DNA from: Fimicolochytrium jonesii
Taxonomy: Eukaryota
DNA: 64,000 nt
Assembly (NCBI RefSeq): GCF_025526975.1
Contig: NW_026515687.1
Span: 248,001 to 312,000, forward strand
Direction: 5' to 3'
In this document: one piece after another, positions 36,990 to 47,695 of the stretch
How positions within the stretch are numbered: position 1 is the first letter of the stretch
Layout of the letters: every line of letters begins with the position of its first letter
The notes under the pieces: model-generated
Database searches by the model: none
What the model saw: the letters and a program-made list of their open reading frames with translations, nothing else
What the model was told of the DNA's origin: nothing
Position numbers and translations under genes: made by a program

Positions 36990-37523
36990 AGCCGCACCCT
37001 CATCAACCCGCACTCGCGCCTCCGCACCGTCCGCACACCCACCCACGCCATCCCCGCCGTCGTCCGCGGCCTGCACCGCTCCTGGTCCTACAAATGCGCC
37101 CGCAAATCCTACACCGCCGTCGGCGTCCACCGCATCCCCGACTCCCCCACCGCCCGATGCAACGGCGTCCTGATCCCCCTGTCCGACCCCAACACCGAGC
37201 TCCGGATGCTCAACGAGCGCAAGAAGGACTACGTCTGCGGAACGGTCAGAGTGGAGGACATCAAGATCCTCCACTTCAACACCCCGCCATCTCCACCCAC
37301 CATCTCAAACCCGTTTGAAACCACAACCACATCCCCCGCCGCGCCCGTCGTCGTGTGGGTGTACGAGCTCCCGCCCCCGTTGTCCCGCACAAGCGCGTGC
37401 ACGCGACCGGCGGCCCCGCACACACCAACCCCATGCACACCGATCCCGCAATCCTACATCGACTGCATCCTCACCGGCTTTCTCGCCATCCACCCAACCT
37501 TTGCGCGCCTCTTCATCAAAGGA
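36990..37523 (+). pseudogene. Gamma-glutamylcyclotransferase-like gene fragment nested antisense in Fanzor intron 3
   Basis: Open frame TLINPHSRLRT..AIPAVVRGLHRSWS..TAVGV..CNGVL..LNERKKDY..VWVY..PIPQSYIDCILTG..FARLFI. Lacks the N-terminal YGS start and the C-terminus. Confidence 0.65.
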
Positions 37524-38997
37524 TACAGACTTACATTCACATTGAGAAACTGCCCCCACAGCTCCTGCTTGCGTTCATCAGTGAGTTTCCCCATGCGACG
37601 TTGGCCAACATGCAGGATATGAGTGCCTAGGATCAGCGTGTCGATCCGAACAGATGACTGGATTCGAGATTTGCGCAGCGGGATAGCGGAAAACAGGCGC
37701 ATTCCACAGCGCTCATAGAGGCGCGAGAGCTCACAGTAGGCACCTGTGATGAGGCTAGGCAGGTGCAGACCATGATTAGACAAAAGAGGGCACCGCAGGA
37801 GGGGGGGGGGGGTTTCGCGTTATGTTCGGCGCGCGGCGAACACGTCGGCGGCGCTGGTTACGTTGACGCCATGGCGGTGGGCAAGAGCGTCGGTCGCGCC
37901 CTGGGCCCGCTGTGTGCGCACTGGCAGCGTCGTCAAGGCCCCGGGGGGGGGGGGCCGCAGGAGCCCAGCGTGCGGGCGCCCAGCGCCAACAGCGCATCGC
38001 GAACCACGTCGGCCGGGGTCCCGGCGGGCAGCCACTGGGCGTCGGCGTACCGAGCGCCTTGCTCACGTCGCTGCGCAGCCACGCACGAGTTGGGGGGGGG
38101 GGGTAAATATACAGGATGCAACTTACCTACATATGGCATTGCGTCCACTGCAAGGCTGTACGCAAGGGGCTCATCCTGGGGAGGAAACAGAGCCCATAAC
38201 TCGTCCAGGACGGTCCGCTCAAGTCGTGTGAGGCGCTCAAGCTCCTCTTCAGTTGGGTACTCTTCAAACGTCGCGTACTTTGTAAATTGACGGACACGAC
38301 GATAATAGTGTCGCCGCTGCGCTCTCCGGAGATGCCGTTCGACTTGCTTTAAACCAAGCCTCCCATTGATGTAGCGCAGAAACATTTGCATGAAATGCTC
38401 TTGTACATTGACTTTGAGGTTTGTGAAGATGCTGGTAGCCGTGTACGCTGCGGTCTGTTGGCAATTCCGCATGCGGATGGGGGCGAATCCGTGAACATCA
38501 CAGTAGTCTTGAACCCATGGACGCAACTCTTGCGCGATGACCGGATTGCCATTGTAGCCTGGATTGTTGAGCAGCTCAAACACCACACTGATGTGCTTGT
38601 CGGTGATGTCCGGGAAATCGTGTAGAGGATGATCAGCTGTGGTGGGCAGACGCAGTAAGTCAGGGCGTTGTTTCATGGGAAAGATACAGCGCAGTGTACC
38701 TCAAAAACTCACCAAGGTAGTACTTGAGAAAAAAGCTGGTGTGGCGCGCAAGGATGTGAACATTGCCGATGAATGCCGTCAGGCGCTCCCTTTGCTCCCT
38801 TTGAGCTTGATTATGGATGATTCGGTGAAGCGAAACCTTCGTGCTGGCATGCGTCTGCGGGCGGGGTCGCTGAACTGGTGGTGGAGGCGGGGGTTCAAGC
38901 ACCAGGGATCCACCCGGTGTGCTGGGAAAACGGAAAGGGATGGGAGCGGGGAGGTTCAACGGACGCTGCAGACCCCTGTCCGCGGGTGAGAGCCCTC

Positions 38998-39028
<31 letters not shown>

Positions 39029-39984
39029 CCCGTCTTCATCGCCGGAACTCTCGCCAACCATGTCTGCAATTGCTTGGGGCAAGTGGCGTTGGACAGACGG
39101 TGGGAACTCGAATCGTTGGGTTTGCAAAGGTGTCTGCACAGTTGGCAGACGTATGGGCAACCGCGGGGTAACCGGAGCAACCTTCCTCCTCTTCCGCCGT
39201 GGTGTGGTTGCTCCAGTAAAGATGCCACACCACGAGTGCCCCTGGAGCGCCTGGTGTGATGACATGTTGGCTGTGCTATGCCTTTTGCGTGCCGCGTGCC
39301 TGCTAAAGATGAGGTGTATGCAGGTGATTGCCGTGATGGCTGTGTTAGTGCTGTGGTAATGAAGCTGAGAACGGTGAGGAATTGCGGTTGTTACCTGGTG
39401 GTGGTTGAAGCTGAAGAGGGGATGCTTACTGCTCACAATAATTGCGTTGGGAGGGAAGGGGGCTGAAGGAGTAGAGTGCCAAGAAAGGGGGTTGGGAAGG
39501 AAGGTTGGTACATGTAATTGGGAGTGAGGATCCCCACGTTTTTTACACGCGTGTAAAGGATGGGATGTGGAATTGCCTCGAGGTGATTGCCGTGATAGCC
39601 GGATATTGGGTACATTTTGAAGGGCGGATGGTCTGGCCAGATGGGCTGGGCTAGGAAAGGGAAAGGAACTATATGTGCTGCGATTCCATATATAAGAAAC
39701 GCTCGGGTACGCAAGGGAAACCTGCCAACATTCAACATTCAAAGAAGCTGTTCGATTTCTGTATCATAGACCTATTGCTATTGCTATGTACGTGTTCGGC
39801 GGCAGAGTGACTATGACAGCGAAGCGATTGGGAAGGCGAGAGAGCGTACCGCGAGACTGCCCCTAGCGTTTTTACCGAGGCATCCACGACTACGACGGCG
39901 AGGCGATGGAGGAAGTTGATAGCGTACTGCGAGTGCCCAGATCCAGGCTACACCTCAAGCGATTGGGAAGTCGAGAGAACGACT

Positions 39985-40093
39985 CGCGAGCCCGGCGACT
40001 ATTCGTCGCTGGACTCGAGCGATCGTGACTTGAAGGTGACTTGAAGAGCGAACCGCGAGTCCGGCGACTATTCCTCGCTGGACTCAAGCGATC
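39985..40093. repeat. Two 40-bp direct repeats with 3 mismatches, in a locally repetitive stretch (39820-40100)
   Basis: cgcgagcccggcgactattcgtcgctggactcgagcgatc (39985-40024) versus cgcgagtccggcgactattcctcgctggactcaagcgatc (40054-40093). Confidence 0.85.
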
Positions 40094-40338
40094 ACGGAAG
40101 TTGAGAGCGGAACGTTCATGAGATCAGAATGCGGAGCAATGGCGACGGCGACTGCGACTGCGACGGCAATTGAATTCGATCTGCAGTCTGAGAGGGAGTG
40201 TTGTAAAACAACCTGTTTCAGCCACAGCTTCCTTTTATAGTGCCGAACCCTTTTTCCTCTCTGCAGTTAGAAAGCTTGCGTGTGCAGACCGTCCGATCGA
40301 ATGTCTATAAAGCGATAAACTATTTACAAAGCCGATCT

Positions 40339-43300
40339 TCACTTCTTCGAAGAAAATTTCAGCAAGTTTCGAAGCTTGTTTTTAAGACGGTCCTGCTTGT
40401 TCAGGCCTTTGTAGCTCCCGCTTTTCGCAGGCGAAGGTGCACTCTTTTCCTCCTTTTCCGTCTCAAGGGCTTTTGCTACGGTGTCGGAACTTGCCACTTC
40501 TGATACCACGACTGTGGTGTTCGTTGTAAGCCTATCATCTTCCTTGTCGCCTGCAATCGAAACCGTTTCACGCGTCTCCGTTGAGACAGACGGTGGCTCT
40601 GCTTGCGTTTCGCGCTCAGTAGCCTTGCTGGTGGCGTCGGCTACGTCCAATGGAATTTGGGCCTCCACATTTGCTGCAGAGATTCTTCCCTCTGACCCAT
40701 CGACATTCGGCGTCACTTCGGAATCGGATGCTACCTCGGGGTCAGCCGCATCTTGCAGCGTCGGAGCTCCATCTGAAACCAGACTGTTCCCGCCCGTGGA
40801 CACTTCGGTAGCATCATCGGTCTTGTCCGAAGCACTTTCTGATCCGGCCGTTTGCATGATCTCCTCCTGCTGCTGATCCTCTGTGCCCATGCTGGTCCGC
40901 GAGCTGGCCGAGGATTCCGACGACATATCAGAAGTTCCCGTGCTCGTCTCGGTAACTTCCGAGGACGCGACTGCAGTCTCCTCGGTGGACAAGCTGGTTC
41001 GCGAGCTGGCCGAGGATTCCGACGACATATCAGAAGTTCCCGTGCTTGCCTCGGTACCTTCCAAGGACGCAACTGAAATCTCCTTCGTGGACAAGAGGTG
41101 TGCGCTCGAGGCCGCTAATGCCGTATCAAAGACAGCGGCAAGCCCATCATCCGAGCTCTTTAGCGCTGTTTCGCTGATGTGCGGGCCTCCTGTTATCCAC
41201 TCTTCAGCATCGGCCTTTGAGTGATCCCCGCCTACGGCCTCTAATTGTTTCGCTGAGTTGTTGCCTCCGCTGGAAGAGGTTTTTTCGTAGCGCAGCGTTT
41301 CCCACCAAGGCACCTGATTATTATCATCAGGGAGGGGTTTTGGAGTTATTCCATTGTTGATTTGGTCTTCGCTTTGGGTGACAGAGGCCCCGGCTTCATC
41401 TGCGCTCCCAATTCCCTCCCCAGCTGGGTCCGCAACCACCCCTGTCTCCTTTTTAGCGCGTCTGCGTTCGCGACTCATAGCGCGTCTGCGTTCGCGGGCT
41501 GTACCTTTCGTTGCATTCTCAGCAGATGTTGAAGCGGTCGTTTCCTCCGGGACAGCGTCCGTTTCCCGGTCAGCAATGCTGTTACCTGCATCCGTCGTTT
41601 TTCCGCTTCCGTTTTCTCCCCGAGATACATCTTGAGCAGTGACAATGGTGGACTCCAACAAAGCTCCTGACTCAATTGGTTGGGGCGGGAAAGACAAAGT
41701 GACGTGCGCTGGGTCGAATCTCATATACCCGGACCGGATGGCGTGGCTCAATATAACAGCGATTAAAAGCGATCTGTCGGGCTTGGCAAATTCGCCGAGA
41801 TTGGCGGCGAGTCGTGACCTCACGTGTTGCTCCCACTTCGTTCGGTCTAACGGACCGTCGACACGTATCATCTCGATGATCTTCGATAGTTTCGCTTCGC
41901 TGACGTCAAGCAGATGCCTGGGAAGCGCCGAATCGGGCAATGTCAGAAAGAACAACTTCGACTCGTGATCGTTCACGCGGCGGAGATAGCCGTAATCCTC
42001 CAGCTTGGTCATGGTCAGGGATGCCAATGTGGCTGCCAGCTGTTTATCCACGTTACGTAAGGCCATGAAGGAATTTTGGATGATCGACCGCAAGGCCCTC
42101 CGTGATTTTCCAAATTGCGCAATGGAAGCATAGCTCTTTAGGACCGCATCATGAGAAAGTTCCTCCAGCAGTTCCTTTGTCGCAGCTGGCACCTTTACAA
42201 CTTTCGATTTGAAATGCAGAGCTCCTATATCGACTTTCTTGTGTTGTGACTCCGGATTGCTGTCCCCAATTTGAGAAGAGCCTGCAGCCAAATCCGATCT
42301 GTAAGACGATGCGTCGATTTTGACAACGGAAATGAGGAGACTCTCTTACCTTTAGGGGCGTTGTTGGCTGTAGCAGACTTGGTCGCCTCCTTCGCCTTCG
42401 CTCGCAACGCCGCTTTCGCTTCCGTGGCCTTCAACTTTATCGCTTTCGCTTCCGACTCCGCCTTCATTTCGGTCTTCCTTTCTGCAACCGCCTTCGCATT
42501 TGCTGCGCTTCTTTCCGCCTCCCACGCCAATTTAGCTGCCTTTCTTTGTTTCTTAGAGAGTGCCCCCAAGGTTTTGAGATATTCGTCTACACTCTCGGCT
42601 ACTGGGGACTCGTTCGGTTCTTTCTTCTCCCCAGAAGTGGGAAGAGAATCAGGTGGAGCAGAATTTCCGTTGGCTTCATCAATTGCCTTCCCTTTGGCAA
42701 TTGCCACTTCTTTTTCCTTCGCCTCCCACGCCATTCGAAATGCCTTTCTTTCTTTCTTAGTGAGGACCCCCAGGGTTTTGAGATAATCGTCTACATTCTC
42801 CTTTACTGGGAACTCGTTCGTATCGTTCTTCTTGTCAGAAGTGGAAACAGGTTCAGATGGCACAGAGTCCCCGCATGCCGCATCAGTTACCGGCTTTTCG
42901 ATTACATCTGATTCAACCGGTGAGGAGTTTTCGGAAATCTCGGACGTTGTAGATGGGGACCCGATTGGTTCAGACGGCGGCGTTCCAGGTAAAGCCTCCG
43001 ATTGCTGGTAACTGATTGCTTGAATCGGCGGTGACTTTGCTGAACTCTCCGGCTTTTGGGGGGATTCGTCCGGCGACTTCCCTACCTTGAGCATTTCGTA
43101 AAACCTCTCAGCCGACTTCGCTGAGCTCTCCGGCTTTTCGTAAAACGTCCCAGGCGATTTTGTTGCCGGCGGTTGATTGGAAATCGCAGGCGACTTCGCT
43201 GAGGTCTCCGGCTTCTGTTGAAGACTTCCAAGCGCCTTCGTGCTTTTTGTCGGCGATACCGTTGGCTCTGGGCCAGTTTTTCTCGAGGTACTGCTAGACG

Positions 43301-46300
43301 TCGATGGGCTTGGTGATTGCGGTTGAATCTCCTTTTTGATGGGAGTCGCGCGCCATCTTCCTCTGCCAACGCTTTCAATATGATTGCTGAGCTTCCAAAA
43401 CTCCAGGCAAGACCTTGCACAATCTTCCCTCTGCTCGACCGTGAGATCCCGCCAGTCACGGACATTCCGCTCCAACCATTTTTGCGCCTCAGGCCAGGAC
43501 TCTGAACGACCTCCGGAAAACAGCCCATTTTTGGCATAGGAGTGGTACACCGTATGCCAGTCGTGTCCGGGGTCCGTGATCAATTCCTTTGCTTTGTCCG
43601 CCTTCGAAGACGAAGACATTTGCCTGTCGTCGTCTCGGGCGACTTTGAGGGTCTCCCTCAATCGCTGTGCGCCCTCAGACTGGGCATGCGGTCGGCGAAT
43701 CATATTCTTGAGCACCATAAGGCTGGCCCGAGCATCGTTTGCAGCATAGAGAACCGAGCTCCAGCCCATCTCGGCCGGCCCCAAGTCCCATCTTATTGAA
43801 GATCCTGAGCGCCTGGTCTTATCCAGATCCTCGTTGCAAAAGAGGGCGGTGAGCGCTTGCAGACTCCTGGCGGGAAGATCCATGCTCTCCGCCAGAAGGT
43901 GTGTGTCAATGTACATTCCGCCAACTCTCTATTGACACAGGCATTAGAACTCAACGTGAATCATCGCCGGCGATTGCTGCTACTTACCAAACCATAATGC
44001 GCTTTCAGATTCAGGAGGTCATTGACGACTCCGACGCCAGTTTTCATGATATGACCGGACTGCAACAGAGAGCGAAGGAGGTTCGGAAAGCGTGTAGGAT
44101 CCAGCCGTTTCCCATTCGGATCCTGGCCCCTCCGATCACACATGCGATGTACCTGGAACTGGAGAGTCAGCTACTGGGAATTCCCCTGCCTGTCGATATC
44201 TGCGCATACCTGAAATATTCCGACTAGCGTATCCGCAAATGCAATCTGAACCAGGCTGGGTGGCCCTTTCATGCCCTCCCCGCGTCGCGCGGCTGTCTCC
44301 GTATCCACGCCGATTACCCGAAGAAGGCTTTCCTTTCTGCGATTTTTGGCGGCCCCCATAACCGTTTGCAAGAACTTATCCGCAACGGCGGGATCATCCA
44401 TCACATAAATGTGATAAGGTTCGGTGGTGTACGGCCGTATGCCTGCTTCTGAAAGCGCGCGGACGATATCAGGCACCATGCGATCAAGTGCAGAGACCAC
44501 GTGCCGGACGTTGTCGGCAGCTGCTTCTATTTCCTTGCGTGAATACTTTTCGCGAGTGGGAGCGGGACCTGGGATCAAACCCGTTCTTTCCAATGCTTCA
44601 ACGATCGCTGGGACCAGAATGGATCGAGATGGCAAAGCGCCATCAAACACGAGATCTGTGTTGGAATCCTTCTCCTTCCGTCGTGGTTGATCTGTGTTAA
44701 ATTCCTTCTCCTTCCGTCGCGGCTTCGTCGCAGTCTTGGGAGCTTCGACTTCGGCACCTGTGGACGTCGGCTCGGGTTTTTGAGGAGCAGGCGCGATAAC
44801 GTCAGCCGTAGCTCTTAGCAACCGAGTGAATCCCAAGCGCAGATGGAAAAGCAGCCAAGTTAATGACTCGCCCGCGAAGTCCGCAAACGTATACATTGCC
44901 CTCCAGGTGGCTTTCCCTCCCGATCTGACGAGGTCAACAAGCCACAGGCCTACACGACTTGTCGAGTGCGATAGTCGATTCCTCGCCCTTTGTGCCAACG
45001 AGGTGCCTCCCGTTGTGGAAGAGGCGTCCTGAGGAGTCGTTACCTGCCTTTCCTGATGAACGCCGCCTATAATCACTGATTGCTCGGCACTTGCGTGGGC
45101 GCTCTCATCGCCCACTTGCGAGTCTGATACCTTTTCCTTTTTGGCGTCGACAATTTGTTTCTCTTCCAAGGCGTCAACTTTACGTTGAATCGTTTGTAGC
45201 GCTTCCAACACGGACGTTTGGAATTCGATCGACTCTTGCGCGGAAATCTCTCGAGACTGCGGGTCGTCTGATGGTTGTGGAAGGGGCATATTTTCCAATA
45301 TTCGAAGCGATTGTTTGATGCTTTGTAATTCTTCAGTGATTTCATGTCGCCAGTCCAGGATGTTACGGGCTAGCCCATCATCGATTGTGCTCCCCCTACT
45401 GCGACGTCCACGAACGGACCGGCCACTTGTGATTGGCCTCTCGGTAGGGTTTACGGCTGCTTCGTAGATGTCGTAGCTGCGATCTCCTATATGCTGGAGG
45501 TCGCCATAGCCCTCGCGACTGTAGTGCTCTGAAGCAGCATCAGTATCACCCCTCCCAGATCCACGATACTCCTGAGGAACCTCGTCCCAATCTTCAGGCC
45601 TGTCGCGTGATTCCCGTTCCCTGTGAAGCTCCGACTCGTTGCCTTGGTATTCGTCAACGCTATTCGATGAGAGATGTGCCGAATCTTCATCGTATTCTCT
45701 TCTCCTCGCATCAATATGGAGGTCCCGTTCTTCCAAATCGTCGTCATCAAAGGGCGGGTTCTCTTTCGCGGTCGTGTCGATCGTCTCGGCAAAAATCTCG
45801 GTCGGGTCCATCACATCTTCGCTTTCCGTCATATGCTGCGCATGTGCAGTTTCAGTGTTTTCCCGCAGGGTGGATTCCGGCAACGACGCATCTGATGCAG
45901 CCTCTCTTGACTGCATCTCCAGGAGCTCCCTCTCGTCCTCCAACGCGGCAGCGAGGAGCTTGTTCAGTGGATCTAGGTATTCATCGTCTATAGACGCATC
46001 CGGAAGCTTCTGCGGAACTTTTGCGTCCGGCACATGCCCTTTCCGCTCTATTACCAGCTCGGATTGCAGCGGATTCCAGGGCATTGCTCGGCTTTCTGCA
46101 TTGCCCGAGTCGAAGCTGTTGGAGAACCGTTCTTTGCCCCCTCGCATTGTTCCTGAAAACATGTCGTCGATTGCTGCCTGGACGGCCGAGCTGGCCACAG
46201 TTTTCGTCTCGGTCACATCCATATCCGCTCGTTCCTCCTGCGCGGTCGGACCACCATCCGCCGCGAGCATCTCGTGTGATTGCACGGGGATGCCCCCTGA

Positions 46301-47176
46301 ATCCGAGGTGCTAGCGATGTCTGGATCCGGAGATACGGTAGGAATGCCCCGGATTGCTTTCGAGTAGAGATCTTCGCTGTTAGGAGTATTTTTCGGCACT
46401 GAATCATCATAAGCGATGGATTCTGTCAGCGCGGATGCACCCTGAATAGAGCTATCCGTCGGCCCAGAAGTATCGTGAGCAGAGGACTCTTCCGGCGCTG
46501 ATGCATCCCGAGCAGAGTCATCTGTTAACACTGAAGCATCATGGGCAGATGAATCTCCCGGCTCCGTTGCATCCTGAGCCGAGTTATCTGTCGGCACTGA
46601 ATCATCGGGGGTAGGCAAGTCTTCCGGCGCTGCCGCACGCTGAGCCGAGTCATCTGTCGGCACCGAGGCTTTATAAGTTGAGGATTCTTCCAGCGCTGGT
46701 GCATCCTGAGCAGAGCCATCTGTCGGCACTGAAGCATCAGATACAGAGTTATCTTTCGGCGCTGAAGCACTGTCATCCCATTCCTGTACATATTCTACAG
46801 CTGTCCTTGATGGCGCGACGACTTGTTGTTCCTATTTTTGTGAAAGTCATTACTCAACCGGGAAACGTTCGAAGATAGGGGGATGCATTCTTACTTTCAG
46901 GGAATCCAAATTTCCGCTCAGAAACGCTTTTTGCCGGTGCAGCTCCTCCTTGAGTGAATATGACTTGCGAGGTTCAATTGGACGGGACAGAGGGGAGAGT
47001 CCCCAGCGGCCGTCGCCTCGCGCTTTGGAGGTTGATGAAGTACGGAAGGTTCGCGTTCCCAAGGAGGAGAGCTCTTTCGCTTGATACGACGAGTGATTGC
47101 TTGCGAATAGACTGTTGAGAACCCAAAGGCTGACTCTCACGCGGCCGGCCGTTCGTAAGCAAGCGCATTGTGGCAT
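40339..47176 (-). CDS. Very large (~2,196 aa) protein with a central DEDDy 3'-5' exonuclease domain (WRN/EXD2/Mut-7-like)
   Basis: Exons 47176-46895, 46831-44210, 44152-43988, 43928-42350, 42281-40339 join in frame (6591 nt). Exo I VIGVDTE, LVQIA, KTGVGVVND, YIDT, RSLQAL, Exo III YAANDA. Confidence 0.75.
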
Positions 47177-47695
47177 CACTTTTCTAGCGCCTGTCCCGGA
47201 CCCGCTCAAAATCGGCGTGCCATGAATCAAAGGAAGCGACTTGAAGCAGCGTGAGTGGCTTGACGCTCAACCTCGTAGGCGCCTGAAACTGAAATTATGG
47301 GAATCACAATGTTGAAGTTGGGAGTGAATGCCTGGAAACCCGCAGCTGTTGAACTCCCGAAACTCCCCAGGTCTTGCTTGATAACGTAAGCACGGCAGAG
47401 GCGCACAAGTGGCGTCGCTTGTGGCGCTGCGGCTGTCAAAATGGTCGCCTGCGAACTCCGCTTTGCACACGCAGCTACCATCCAAATCATTGCCAATTGC
47501 CCGTTGCTCCGTTTGGCACTCCAGGCTCATATGGCGTTGGCCCGTCTGGGCCCACATTAGTATGAGGGAATGCCTCGATGAGATGACGCACAGCTCGGCA
47601 TGAAATTGGACCATGTCTCCTCGGAAACGATTTTGGGGTGTCCGTTTTCTGTCCATCATTCGTGACGGCAAAGACTTTGAGGAAGCTGCGTCGCC

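Larger units (their letters stand above)
35497..39265 (-). pseudogene. Fanzor1 (eukaryotic TnpB-like RuvC RNA-guided endonuclease), 7 exons, disrupted
   Basis: Exons 39265-38713, 38636-38127, 37743-37535, 36953-36675, 36361-36192, 36124-35926, 35866-35497 (~760 aa). RuvC-I VCIDPGKRDL, FRYTSNQR, ILGDWS, RuvC-II LDEYRTSSVCPDC, C..PEC zinc finger, RuvC-III HNRDVLS. One frameshift near 36685-36695 and an in-frame TGA at 35617-35619. Confidence 0.85.
35342..39779 (-). mobile_element. Putative non-autonomous Fanzor-carrying element (boundaries tentative)
   Basis: Fanzor lies between two convergent host genes; no transposase visible. Flanked by an imperfect direct repeat att(a/g)ctatgta at 35331-35341 and 39780-39790. 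No terminal inverted repeat found. Confidence 0.4.

Noticed and set aside
39266..39742. N-terminal extension of the 360-aa ORF upstream of the Fanzor ATG
   Set aside because: Begins at a non-ATG codon and looks like C-rich promoter/5' UTR sequence.
39300..40300. Terminal inverted repeat matching the putative right end at 35342
   Set aside because: No reverse-complement match found by eye.
40339..46729. Three independent genes (650, 563, 852 aa)
   Set aside because: Joined by phase-compatible GT-AG introns, two of which split the exonuclease domain.
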